The notes beneath the pieces were generated by a model. That model had not been told where the DNA came from, ran no database searches, and saw only the letters and a program-made list of their open reading frames with translations. Shown piece by piece: positions 49,546 through 62,098 of a DNA stretch of 64,000 bases; position 1 is the stretch's first letter, and each line of letters opens with the position of its first letter. Location: NCBI RefSeq assembly GCF_004010195.1, contig NC_057720.1:19559380-19623379 (forward strand). Direction: 5' to 3'. This DNA comes from Chiloscyllium plagiosum. Its lineage: Eukaryota. The position numbers and the translations under genes are program-made.

Positions 49546-52069
49546 CACATCCTTCTTATAATGCGGTGACCAGAGCTGTATACAATACTCCAAGGGCGGC
49601 TATGCCAAAGTTTTGTACAGCTGCAGCATAACCTCATGGTCCCGGAACTCGATCCCTCTATTAATAAAAGCTAAAACACTGTATGCCTTCTTGACAACCC
49701 TATCAACCTGAGTGGCAACTTTCAAGGATCTGTGTACATGGACACTGAGGTCTCTCCGCTCATCTACACTACCAAGAATCCTACCTTTAGCCCAGTACTT
49801 TGCATTCCGGTTACTCCAACCAAAGTGAATCACCTCACACTTGTCTGCATTAAACTCCATTTGCCACCTCTCAGCCCAGCTCTGCAGCTTATCTATGTCT
49901 CTCTGTAACCTACAACATCCTTCATCACTAGCCACAACTCCACCGATCTTAGTGTTGTCTGCAAATTTACTAACCCACCCTTCTACGCCCTCATCCAGGT
50001 CTTTATAAAAATGACGAAGAACAGTGGACCCAACCCCGACCTTTGTGGTACACCACTGGTAACCGGACTCCAGGATGAACATTTCCCATCAACCACCACT
50101 CTGTCTTCTTTCGGCAAGCCAGTTACTGATCCAAACTGCTATATCTCCCACAATCCCATTCCTCCACATTTTGTACAATAGCCTACTGTGGGGAATCTTA
50201 TCGAACGCCTTGCTGAAATCCATATACACCACATCAACCGGTTTACTCTCATCTACCTGTTTGGTCACCTTCTCAAAGAATTCAATAAGGTTTGTGAGGC
50301 ACAACCTACCCTTCACAAACCGTGCTGACTATCCCTAATCAAATGATTCTGTTCTAGATGATTATAAATCCTATCTCTTATAACCTTTTCCAACACTTTA
50401 CCAACAACTGAAGTTAGGCTCACTGGTCTATAAATACCGGGGTTGTCTCTACACCCCTTCTTGAACAGGGGAACCACATTTGCTATCCTCCAGTCTTCTG
50501 GCACTATTCCTGTAGACAATGACGATTTAAAGATCAATGCCAAAGGCTCGGCAATCTCCTCCCTGGCTTCCCAGAGATTCCTAGGATAAATCCCATCCGG
50601 CCCAGGATTTCTAATACCTCTTCCTTGTGAACCTCAATCCCATCCAGTCTAGTAGCCTGTATCTCAGTATATTCTCCTCGACAACATTGTCGTTTTCTAG
50701 AGTGAATACTGTCGAAAAATATTCATTTAGTGCTTCCCCTCTCTCCTCTGACTCCACACACAACTTCCCACTACTATCCTTGATTGGCCCTAATCTTACT
50801 CTTGTCATTCTTTTATTTCTTAAATACCTATAGAAAGCCTTAGGGTTTACCCTGATCCTATCCGCCAACAACTTCTCATGTCTCCTCCTGGCTCTTCTGA
50901 GCTCGTTCTTTAGGTCTTTCCTGGCTACCTTGTAACCCTCAACTGAGCCTTCACATCTCATCTTAACATAAGCCTTCTTCCTCCTCTTGACCAGAGATTC
51001 CACTTCCTTCGTAAACCACGGCTCCTGTGCTCTACAGCTTCCTCCTTGCCTGACAGGTACATACTTATCAAGGACACACAGGAACTTTTCCTTGAATAAG
51101 CTCCACATTTCAAATGTGCCCATCCCCTGCAGTTTCCTTCCCCATCCTATGCTTCCTAAATCTTGCCTAATCGCATCGTAATTGCCTTTCCCCCAGCTGT
51201 AACTCTTGCCCAGTGGTATACACCTATCCCTTTCTATCACTAAAGTAAACATATACAGAATTGTGATCACTATCACCAAAGTGCTCACCTATTTCCAAGT
51301 CTAACACCTGGCCGGGCTCATTACCTAGTACCAAATCTAATGTGTCTTCACCCCTTGTTGGCCTGTCTACATACTGTGTCAGGAAGCTCCCCTGCACACA
51401 CTGGACAAAAATGACCCTTCTATAGTACTCGTACTATAGTGTTCCCAGTCTGTTTTGTGTTTGTAACATATCACTCAGGATAACATCTTTTTTAAAGTCT
51501 TCTATACTTTTAAAAGGAGTTTAAAAGTCTTTCGTAAGACCATAAGATATCGAAGCGTTTGCTAGGATCCTAGAAACATCAGGCTAATGTTCCAGGGATA
51601 TGGGTTTGAATTCTGCCATGGCACATGGTTAAATCTGAATTCGATAATTATCTGAAATTTCGACAAAATAGCTAGCCAAATGATGACCATGCAACCACTG
51701 TTGATTGTCATAAAACCCATCTGGTTCACCATCATCATTTATTGAAGGAAACTGCCATTCTTACCTGGTCTAGCCTACATGTAACTCTTAACTGCAAGAA
51801 AGAGTTAATCAATGCCCGCATCCCATGAATAAAATAAATAAAAATAAGTATAAATGAGAAAGATCATCCTGTCCCAATTTAGCTAATCTAGCTAGGGAAA
51901 AAAATCACTCCCCACCATTGCCCCATCAAGTTTTGTCTCAGACAATATTCCAGCACAGAAACAGACCCTTCGATCCAATCAGTCCATGCTGAACATAATC
52001 CCAAACTAAACTAGTCCCATCTGCCTGCTCCTAGCGAAATCCCTCCAAACCTTTCCTAATCATCTACTT

Positions 52070-55000
52070 AGAATCATAGAGTCAAAGAGATGTACACGAC
52101 GGAAACAAACCCTTCAGTCCAACTCATCCATGATGACCAGATATCCCAACCCAATCTAGTCCCACCTGCCAGCACCCGGCCCATATCTGTCCAAACCCTT
52201 CCTATTCATCTACCCATCCAGATGCCTTTTAAATGTTGCAATTGTACTAGCCTCCACCACTTCCTCTGTCAGCTCATTCCATACACGTACCACCCTCTGA
52301 GTGAAAATGTTGCCTCTAGGTCTCTTTTATATCTTTCCCCTCTCACCTATGCCCTCTAGTTCTGGATTCCCCAACCCCAGGGGAAAAAAACCCTTTGTCT
52401 ATTTATCCTATCCATGCTCCTCATGATTTTATAAACCTCTGTAAGGTCACCCCTGAATCTCCGACACTCCAGGGAAAACAGCCCCAGCCTATTCAGCCTC
52501 TCCCATAGCTCAAATCCTCCAACCTTCGCAACATCCTTGTAAACCTTTTCTGAACCCTTTCAAGTTTCACAACATCTTTCCGATAGGAAGGCGACTAGAA
52601 TTGCTCGCAATATTCCAACAGTAGCCTAACCAATGTCCTGTACAGCTGCAACAAGACCTCCCAACCCCTGTACTCAATACTCTGACCAATAAAGGAAAGC
52701 ATACCAAACACCTTCTTCACTATCCTATCTACCTGCAACTTCACTTTCAAGGAGCTATGAACGTGCACTCCAAGGTCTTTTTGTTCAGCAACACTCTCTA
52801 GGACTTTACCATTAAGTGTATAAGTCCTGCTAAGATTTGCTTTCCCAAAATGCAGCACCACACATTTATCTGAATTAAACTCCATCTGCCACTTCTTGGC
52901 CCATTGGTCCATCTGATCAAGATCCCGTTCTAATCTGAGGTAACCCTCTTCACTGTCCACTACATCTCCAAATTTGGTGTCATCTACAAACTTACTAACT
53001 ATACCTCTTATGCTCACATCCAAATCATTTATATAAATGTTGAAAAGTAATGGACCCAGCACCGATCCTTATGGCACTCCACTGGTCACAGGCCTCCAGT
53101 CTGAAAATCAACCCTCCACCACCACCCTCTATCTTCTACCTTTGAACCAGTTCTGTATCCAAATGGCGAGTTCTCCTTGCATTCCATGAGATCTAACCTT
53201 GCTCACCAGTCTCCCATGGGAAACTTTGTAGAATGCCTTACTGAACTCCATATAGATCACATCTACTGCTCTGCCCTCATCAATTCTCTTTGTTACTTCT
53301 TCAAAAAACTCAATCAAGTTTGTGAGACATGATTTCCCACGCATAAGCCCTGTTGACTATCTCTAATCAGTCCTTGCCTTTCCAAATACATGTACATTCT
53401 GTCCCTCAGGATTCCCTCCACCAATTTGCCCACCACTGACATCAGGCTCACTGGTCTGTAGTTCCCTGGCTTATCTTTACCACCTTCTTAAACAGTGGCA
53501 CCACGTTAGCCAACCTCCAGTCTTCCGGCACCTTATCTGTGACTATTGATGATATAAATATATCAGTAAGAGGCCCAGCAATCACTTCCCTTGCTTCCCA
53601 CAGAGTTCTGATCAGGTCCGAGGGATTTATCCACTTTTATGCATTTCAAGACATCCAGCACTTCCTTCTCTGTAATATGGACATTTTTCAAAATGTTATC
53701 ATCTATTTCCCTGCATTCTATATCTTCCATGTCCTTTTCCACAGTAAATACTGATGCAAAATACTCATTTAGTATCTGCTCCATCTCCTGCGGCTCCACA
53801 CAAAGGCTGCCTTGCTGATCTTTGAGGGGCCCTATTCTCTCCCTCATTACCCTTTTGTCCTTACTGTATTTGTAAAGCCCCTTTGGATTCTCCTTAATTC
53901 TATTTGTCAAAGCTATTTCATGTGCTCTTTTCGCCCTCCTGATTTCTCTCTTAAGTATAAGCCTACTGCCTTTATACTCTTCAAAGGATTCACTCAGTCC
54001 ATCCTGTCTATACCTGACATATGCTTCCTTCTTTTTCTTAACCAAACCCTCAATTTCCTTCGTCATCAGCATTCCCTGTACCTACCAGCATTTCCTTTCA
54101 CCCTAACAGGAATATACTTTCCCTTGACTGTTGTTACCTCATTTCGGAAGGCTTCCCATTTTCCAGCTGTCCCTTTACCCTGCGAACATCTGTGCCCAAT
54201 CAGCTTTTGAAAGTTCTTGCCTAATACCGTCAAAATTGGCCTCTCTCCAATTTAGAACTTCAACTTTTAGATCTGGTCTATCCTTTTCCAATACTATTTT
54301 AAAACTAATAGAATTATGGTCACTAGCCCCAAAGTGCTCCCCCACTGACACCTCAGTCACCTGCTCTGCCTTATTTCCCAAGAGTAAGTCAAGTTTTGCA
54401 CCTTCTCTAGTAGGTACATCCGCGTACTGAATCAGAAAATTTTCTTGTACACACTTAACAAATTCCTCTCCATCTAAACCCATAACGCTATGGCAGTCCC
54501 AGTCTATGTTTGGAAAGTTAAATTCCCCTACCATAACCACCCTATTATTCTTACAGATAACTGAGATCTCCTTACAAATTTGCTTCTCAATTTTCCTCTG
54601 ACTATTAGTGGGTCTATAATACAATCCCAATAAGGTGATCATCTCTTTCTTATTTCTCAGTTCCACCCAAATAACTTACCTGGATATATTTCCTGGAATA
54701 TCCTCCCTAAGTACAGTTGTAATGCTATCCCTTATCAAAAATGGTACTCCCTCTCCTCTCTTGCTTCCATTTCTGTCCTTCCTGTCATATCTGTATCCTG
54801 GAACATTAAGCTGCCAGTCCTGTCCATCCCTGAGCCACGTTTCTGTAATTGCTATGGTATCCAATCCCATGTTCCTAACCATGCCCTAAGTTAATCTGCC
54901 TTCTCTGTTAGGCCTCTTGCATTGAAATACTGGTAAATGCAGTTTAATTTATCAGTCCTACCTTGTTCTCTGCTTTGTCCCTGCCTGCCCTGACTTATTT

Positions 55001-55360
55001 GACTTGCCTTTGTTCTCAACTGTACCAGTCTCAGATTGAAATCTTTCCTCACTATCTCCCTGGGTCCCACCCTACCAGATAACTAGTTTAAATCCTCCCG
55101 AGCAGCTCTAGCAAATCTCCCTGCCAGTATATTAGCCCCCTTGCAATTTAGGTGCAATCCGTCCTTCTTGTACAGGTCACGTCTACCCCAAAACAGCTTC
55201 CAATGATCCAAAAGTGTGAATCCTTCTCCTGTACACCAACCCCTCAGCCATGCATTCATCTGCTCTATCCTCCTGTACTTGCCCTCATTATCTTGTAGCA
55301 TCGGGAGTAATCCAATATTACTACTCTCAAGGACCTCCTTTTTAAATTCCTGCCTACTTA
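52070..55360 (-). mobile_element. CR1 LINE: ORF1 esterase C-terminus, most of ORF2 and 3' tail
   Basis: SGNH-type DGLHLN/NAWLRGWC; endonuclease IAITETWL, GEFNFPNIDW, SDHN; RT LGPLLFNIYINDL..SKFVDDTK; several frameshifts. Confidence 0.95.
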
Positions 55361-56229
55361 GAAAAGTGTCTTTTATATATTGTAACTGTGCCCACATCCA
55401 CTACTGATTGAGGAAGTTCATTCTACATGCAAAGCACCATACTTTGAATTAATCTGAGGTTTACATCCTTCAATACCCTACCTGAAAGGCTATGTGAAGA
55501 GGTTCTTCCTCATATTATTCCTCATACGTTATACATTTCTCAGTTTCACCTTGTTTTAATGTTATGTCTTATGCTTAAATTATCTTCACTTTCCTCATCA
55601 AGAACCTCTATGATTTAACCTTCAAGGAAAGGATTCTGGTTTCTCCAATCTTTAGTCTTCACTCGGTTTTTGAATACCTGACATGAATCTTCTAGGTCTT
55701 TTCAGTGCATCTCTACAACTTGATAGTTTCTCTGCCACTTTGGGGATCAAAATTGAATATAATACTGAAAATGGAGTCTCACCAAAGCACAATTACAATT
55801 TAACTTGCTTCTCCTCATTGGTTGCTGATGGAGCAATATCATTTAATACTCTGTTTAAAGTGTTTTGCATACTCGTGCAGAAATCTGAGATGCTCAGTGC
55901 CACATTTATGATTGCATCAGAAATATTTCATCTCCATTACTGTGGAACTCAAGTATAGCAAGTACAAATAGATAATTATATACAAATACTTTGCATAGTT
56001 TAGTATTTAGAATATAACAACTTGTAATATTGGATGAACAACCAAAGTTATTTGCTCCATCTAAGTAACATTGTGTGAAAGGAATATGATTTTCAATCTG
56101 GTCCTTCTCAATAGCTTAAGCAATAAAATATCATATTCAGGCAGGATACAGGGTTAGAAGTTAGCAGGTGACTTGGGGGAACTACAACTGTGGGTCAGAA
56201 GTTAGGAATATGTCAACGAGTAGCTCACC

Positions 56230-56786
56230 TTCTGACGGTCTGAAGCCTGTCCACCATCTACAAGGCATGAGGCAAGACTGTGATGGAACGTTCCCTAATT
56301 TTCCAAATGAGTGTTGCTTCAAAATGCTTGAAGAGCTTGATACCATCCAGAATAAAGCAGCCCGCTTGATTGGCATCACATCTGAAAGCATCCACTCCTT
56401 CCACCACTGATGCTCAGGAGCAGCAATGTGTACAATCTACAAGATACACTGCAGAAATTCTCCAAAGGTTCTGAGACAGCACCTTGCAAATCCATGACCA
56501 GTTCCATCGAGAAGGACAAAGGCACAGACACATGGAAACATCTCCACCTGCAAGTTCCCCTCCAAGTCACTCATCATCCTGACTTGGAAATATATCACTG
56601 TTCCAGTAGTGTCACTGGGTCAAAATCAAGGAATTTCCTCCTAAAACACATTAAACCTATAGCATGTGGACTGCAGCGGTTCAAGAAGGCAGATCATCAC
56701 TACCTTCTCAAAGGCAGCAAAAGGCAGGCAATTAAAAGGCAGGCCCAGTTAGCGATGCCCACGTCCCATGAGTGAATAAAAAAAAA
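56230..56786 (+). mobile_element. Second CR1/L2-group LINE 3' end (related copies about 12000-12480, 14215-14590, 14960-15290, 36950-37160)
   Basis: ELDTIQNKAARLIG..SIHSFHH..VYNLQ; tail caagaaggcag..ttctcaa..gatgcccacgtcccatgagtgaataaaaa. Confidence 0.7.
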
Positions 56787-57689
56787 TGTTGGAACCATTG
56801 TGAAGGTCAGTCTGAAAGTAGGAGTATGAGCTAACTGTTTGCTCTCCCATATTTATCTCCCTATTGTGCAAGGAGGAGGGAAGGGAAACTATTCCATTCA
56901 TCTACAGATCGATGGTGACATTTTATCTATGGCACATGCTTGGGCTAATGACTTAATGAACGTGCATAATATTGTCACAGTTGCAGTTTAAACATATGAT
57001 GATATAAACAAATGACACCTGGCAGCACATTTACCAACCCCAGGAAGACCCAATTAAAAACGCAGATGTTTTTCTGTCTCCCTGAGTAAACTACAGTTTG
57101 ATTTTAATGTGGTTATAACCTACGTGAGGTCTGTATAGCCTGCAGCTGAAAAGGGAGACAAAGGAAGAAAGGATGAAAAAAAGAGATAAAGAGGAGAGAA
57201 GTAAAAGAAAGAAAAAAGGACAGCAGGAGAGGGAGAAAGAAAGAAATACATTTAAAGTAGTTTTTAAGACCATCAGATATCTTTTACCGTATTAAGCCAA
57301 ATAAGTTTTTGTGAAGTATTGCTGAAACAAACATTTTGAGAAAGCTTTTCATCTTGCACTCGTTAGGATAATTCACAAGAAATCCCAAAGTAAAGGAAAA
57401 ATAACATTGATCCTGGCCAACGAAGCAGAAAATGGCCAACGCCAATTTCGTAGCATTGAAACAGGTGCAGTATTCACTTCTGAAAGCAATGCTGTGGTTG
57501 ATCAGAGGCAATCTGCCTTGTTTAATGTTTAAACAACAGTCAACAGTTTTCTGTCAGTCATCATTAACTGGTGCATTTTCCACAGTAACATCTCAATGAA
57601 TCAGAGTCCACCTACCAACCAATCAGCACTCTCCTCTAAGGCAGTATAAATGTTATTTTCCCTTTACTTTGGTGAATTATAATGAGTAA

Positions 57690-58808
57690 GTGGGGTAGCC
57701 ATGGGTACATGCTTGGGACCCAGCTATGCCTGTCTCTTCACTGGGTACATGGAACAGTCCCTCTTCTGCAACCATGTCCCACCTTTTTCTCCGCTACTTT
57801 AATGACTGTATTGGCACCACCTCTTGCTCCCATGAGGAGGTTGAACAGTTAATCAACTTCACCAGCACTTTCCCCCCTAGCCTCAAATTCACATGGACCA
57901 TCTCGGACATCTCCCTCCTGTTCCTGGACCTCTCCGGCGACCGACTCAACACAGACATCTATTTCAAACTACCAACTCCCATAGCTATCTGAACTCCACT
58001 TCCTCCCAGCCCCAGTCCTGTAAAAGTGCAATCCCTTACTCCCAATTCCTATGCTTCTGCCGTATCTACTCCAAGGAGGAGTAATTCCACTCCAAGACAT
58101 CCCAGACACCCTCCTATTTCAAGCAATTTCCCCTCCCACGGGATTAACAATCCCCCCCATCGAATCTCCTCCACTTCCCACACCTCTGCCCTCCAATGCG
58201 ACTCCCCAACAAGCAAGGATAGAACCCCCCTCCCACACTCCTCACATGCCATCCCATGAATCTTCAGATATAGCACATTATTCTTCACCATTTTTGCCAC
58301 CTATATTCAGACCCCACCACCAAAAATATATTTCCCTCCCACCCTTATCTGCATTCTGCAGAGGTCATACCTTCCACGACTCCCTCATTAGGTCAATGCT
58401 CCCACCAACCCAATCAGCTGGCACTTTCCCCTGCTGCCACACGAGGTGCAAAATCTGTGCTGACACCTTCCCCCTCACCTCCATCCAAAGCCTCAAATGA
58501 TTGTTTCAAATCCAGTAGTGATTTTCCTGCACATCTTCCCACCTCATTTCCTGCATCCATTGCTCTCGATGTAGTCTTCCCTACATCGGGGAGACAGAGT
58601 GCCAACTTGTAAAAGGGTTCAGGGAACATCTCTGGGACACACGCACCAAACAACCCCATCACCCTGTGGCTGACCACTTCAACTTCCTCTCACATTCCCC
58701 TAAGGACATGGAAATCCTGGGCCTCCTCCACCGCCAAATCGAAACCACCCACCAACTGGAGGAAGAACGCCTCATCTTCCGTCTCGGGACCCAAAATCAC
58801 ACAGCATC
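57690..58808 (+). mobile_element. Decayed Penelope-like element ORF (RT plus GIY-YIG endonuclease)
   Basis: GVAMGTCLGPSYA, LFLRYFNDCIG, LKFTWTIS, CCHTRCKIC, CSRCSLPYIGET..FREHL, VADHFN; frameshifted. Confidence 0.85.
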
Positions 58809-59205
58809 CTGGGGAGTAAACCGACCCCTTGGAGCTACACAGTTGCTATTGGAACTAACCAATGGAAAGAACCCGTTCCTACCACTTGCCCCAGGACGTG
58901 GAGTAATGGGAATCGAAGACGGCGCTAAATTCCCGTGGAGTCATTGAGACGTTGGTGTTGGAGAGGGGGGGGGGGGGGGGGAGACACTCCCATTCTTGGT
59001 CACATTTCGGTCTTAGCTCCACCCTTGGATAGAGTTTCCCAGAGCCCAAAGGGGAGATGGCTGAGCGTCCGCTCCACTGCCAAACAGCTCCAGCCTTGCT
59101 GAGCCTCTGAACTGCTGTAACAGCATCGGAGCTGCTCCTGTGAAGCTGCACAGTGTGTACACCCGGAGGGAAATCCGGCGCTGACACTCGCTATCTCTTG
59201 CAGCA

Positions 59206-59229
59206 ATGAGCCGGGCCACTTTCTTCGAG
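59206..59229 (+). CDS. Probable first coding micro-exon (MSRATFFE), possibly of a TECR-family trans-2,3-enoyl-CoA reductase
   Basis: CpG-rich zone about 58900-59350; gcaATG context; strong donor GAG|GTAAGA, phase 0; resembles the short TECR exon 1 (MKHYE|VEILD); no downstream exon recognised in the window. Confidence 0.45.
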
Positions 59230-59267
59230 GTAAGAGGATAACGGAGGGGCAAAACGTCAAACCGGTA

Positions 59268-59516
59268 AGACTGCAAACAGACCTGCACCCAGAGGACCTC
59301 CGCTCATAACCCATGTAAAGGGCGATCCTGCTGAGGCAAAAAAAAACCCCACTAGAAGTTGCTGGAAAAGCTCAGCAGGTCTGGCAGCACCAGACTGCAA
59401 ACAGACCTGCACCCAGAGGACCTCCGCTCATAACCCATGTAAAGGGCGATCCTGCTGAGGCAAAAAAAAACCCCCACTAGAAGTTGCTGGAAAAGCTCAG
59501 CAGGTCTGGCAGCACC
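59268..59516 (+). repeat. Tandem duplication, 124/125-bp unit
   Basis: 59268-59391 and 59392-59516 are identical except one extra C in a homopolymer. Confidence 0.95.
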
Positions 59517-60084
59517 TGTGCAGAGTTACGATTTCGGGACGAAACGTTAACTTTGATTTCGCTTCACAGATGCTGCCAGACCTGCGGAGCTTTTCCAGCA
59601 ACCTTTCCCCCCTGATTTACAGCATTCGTTCGATTTTTATCTATTGCTGAGGAATCGGTTTTCATGGTGTGTCTGAAAGTAGTCAGCGGTGTATCTTGGT
59701 GCTCTGCCGGACTCCAGCGAGAATCATTTGCCCCTCTACTGCAGGGCATAGGCGTGCAAAAAGTCAAAATATGGTGAGCCTCTGAACTGCTTGGAGCGTG
59801 GTCGGTGTTTTACGCCTTCAGTGAACTGCAATTGCTCGTGCTGTTACAGTACTTGGTGTCAATATTCGTGTGTAAGTAAGTGTAGATGCAGCACTCCTGG
59901 TTCTCACTCATTCTGAATTGCACTGAAAACTCTTGGGATAGGACGAGGTTGGAACTGGATAATGGTAGGTGTTAGATTGTGTTGTTAACAGGAGAGATGC
60001 ACCCGTACCGGATGTTCGCAAACGTCAAGGGGATTCATTGGTTTTTCACTGCACCGTGAGACTCCCAGGATATTGGGAAGCAAG

Positions 60085-61620
60085 CATTACAGCAAAAGAA
60101 TTGAGAGCTGGAGGATGCCACAGGCCCCTCCAGCTTGCTTAGCCATTCAATACAATCATGAGTGATCAGATTGTAACCTCAAATCCCCTTTCCTGTCTCT
60201 CTCCATAATCTTCCACTCCCCTACAATTCCAAAATCCTTAAATTTATCCGTAAATATATCCAGTGACGGGGCTTCCACTGCTTTCCATGGGTAGAAAATT
60301 CCAAAATATCACCACCCTCTAAGTAGATATGCTCGTTTTCTTAAAAGGTTCTAGATTTCCCCCTTGGTTCTAGATTTTCCCATGAGGGATAATATCCTCT
60401 CAATATTTACTCTGTCAAGCCCTATCTGAACCTTATTTGGTCCAGCTGCTTGAATCATGGAATGGCTACAGCAGAGTAGGAGGCCATTTGGTCCATCATA
60501 TTTGTGTCATCTCTCTGGAAGTGCAATTCATCCATTGCCCCTCCTTCATAGTCTTGTACATTTATTTCACTTTAGATAATGATCCACATTCTCAGATGGT
60601 GGATCCCAAATCCTAATCACTTGCTGCTTAAGGTACTAAGAGTCATAGTCATAGTCGTGGAAGTCTACAGCACAGAGAAAGGCCCATTGTGTCCATGCCT
60701 GTCTGAAACACCCACCTAACTATTGTAATATCATTTTCCAACACTTGGCCCATAACTTCTTATGCCTTGGCCTCACAAGTGCACATCTAAATACCTTCTG
60801 AAATGTTATGGAGGTTTCTGCCTCTATCACAGTTACAGGGAGTGAATTCCAGATTCCACCACCGTCTGGATGAAAAGATTTTCCTCACATCACCATTAAA
60901 CCCTTGGCTCCTCTTGTTCCTCAAGTTGCTTTTGATTCTTTCGCCATCATCGGTTCATGACCTTTCTGTGAGTAACAAGTTTCTCCCCATTTGCTCTGTC
61001 TAGACTCCACATGATTTTGAAACTCTCTACCAAATTCCCTCTGCTCCAATCTCTCTTTATGGACAACAACCCAATCTTTCCAATCTATCCGTGTAGCTGA
61101 AGTTCCTGATAACTGGAGACATCGCTTGAATTTTTTTTTGCATCCCTTAACTGCCTTCACAGCTTTTCATGTCAAAGTCTGATGCTTAGAACTGGACACA
61201 AAACACCAGGTGAGGCTGAACCAAGATTTTAAACAGGTTTATCACACTTCTTTGTTTTTGTAATCTGTACTCTTATTTATAAAGTCCAGGATCCAGTTTA
61301 ATTGATCAACCACTTTCTCAGCTTTGCATACTACCTAAATGACTTGTGCACATATCACTGCAGGACCCTCTGCATTTGCACCTCCTTTAGAATTGTATCT
61401 TCCTATCAGAATGAATCATTTCAGACATCATTCTTCATTTTTCTAAATTCCATTGATTATACGCCCAACCTGATCGACTTTAACACGTAAGACAATCCAT
61501 TCATTCCATGAATCTGTGAACTTGCTATGAACTACCGCCAATGCAAATAAAACTCTCTTTAAATAAGGAGTCCAAAACTGTACACAGAACTGCATTTTAA
61601 CTGTCAGCAAAACCTTCAAG
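60085..61620 (-). mobile_element. Cluster of old CR1 3' fragments
   Basis: Several CR1 tails plus FCVQFWTPYLKR motif (ORF 61443..61661). Confidence 0.65.
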
Positions 61621-61779
61621 ATTGAATTACAGTGTTTAACTCTCATTTGGACTTCAGACAAAATATGTAATTAATTCCAATTGCTATCTCCCATATCCTG
61701 ATTCTACAAACAAAATATGCGTAGTTTTGTAAAATGTATTGACGAGTGTGCATTTTTAGTCAATTACATAAATTGGCAG

Positions 61780-62098
61780 GGGATGGCCCAGTGGGATTAT
61801 CACTTGACCTGATATTCCACTAGACCTATTAATGTTCTGGGGATCTGGGTACAAATCACACTATAGCAGTTAGAGGAATTTAAATTCAGCAAAAATCTGG
61901 GATTAAAAGTCTCCTGATGATCATGAAAACTATTACTAATTGTTGGGGAAAAACCCATTCATCGGTTCACAATGTCTATTAGGCAAGGAAACTGTCATTC
62001 TTACCTGGTCTGGCCTATGTGAGACATTAGAATCTCTGGGCAATGAGTGCTGGCCTTGCCAGCAATGCCCACATCCTGTGAATAAATGAAAAAAAAAA
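61780..62098 (+). mobile_element. Second SINE family (copies about 13760-14095, 45200-45480, 51560-51850 on +; 62600-63290 on -)
   Basis: tRNA-like head (cagtgg..ggt.caaatc), shared body ggttcac..aggaaactg..cttacctggtctggcct, tail gcccacatcctgtgaataaatgaaaa. Confidence 0.7.

Larger units (their letters stand above)
48250..51450 (-). mobile_element. CR1 LINE ORF2 (5'-truncated, frameshifted)
   Basis: VPEDWRIANVVPLFKKG..YRPVSLTS, CLTNLIEFFE, YMDFSKAFDK, SKFADNTK, QMEFNADKC; (ctatgt)n-type tail. Confidence 0.95.
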
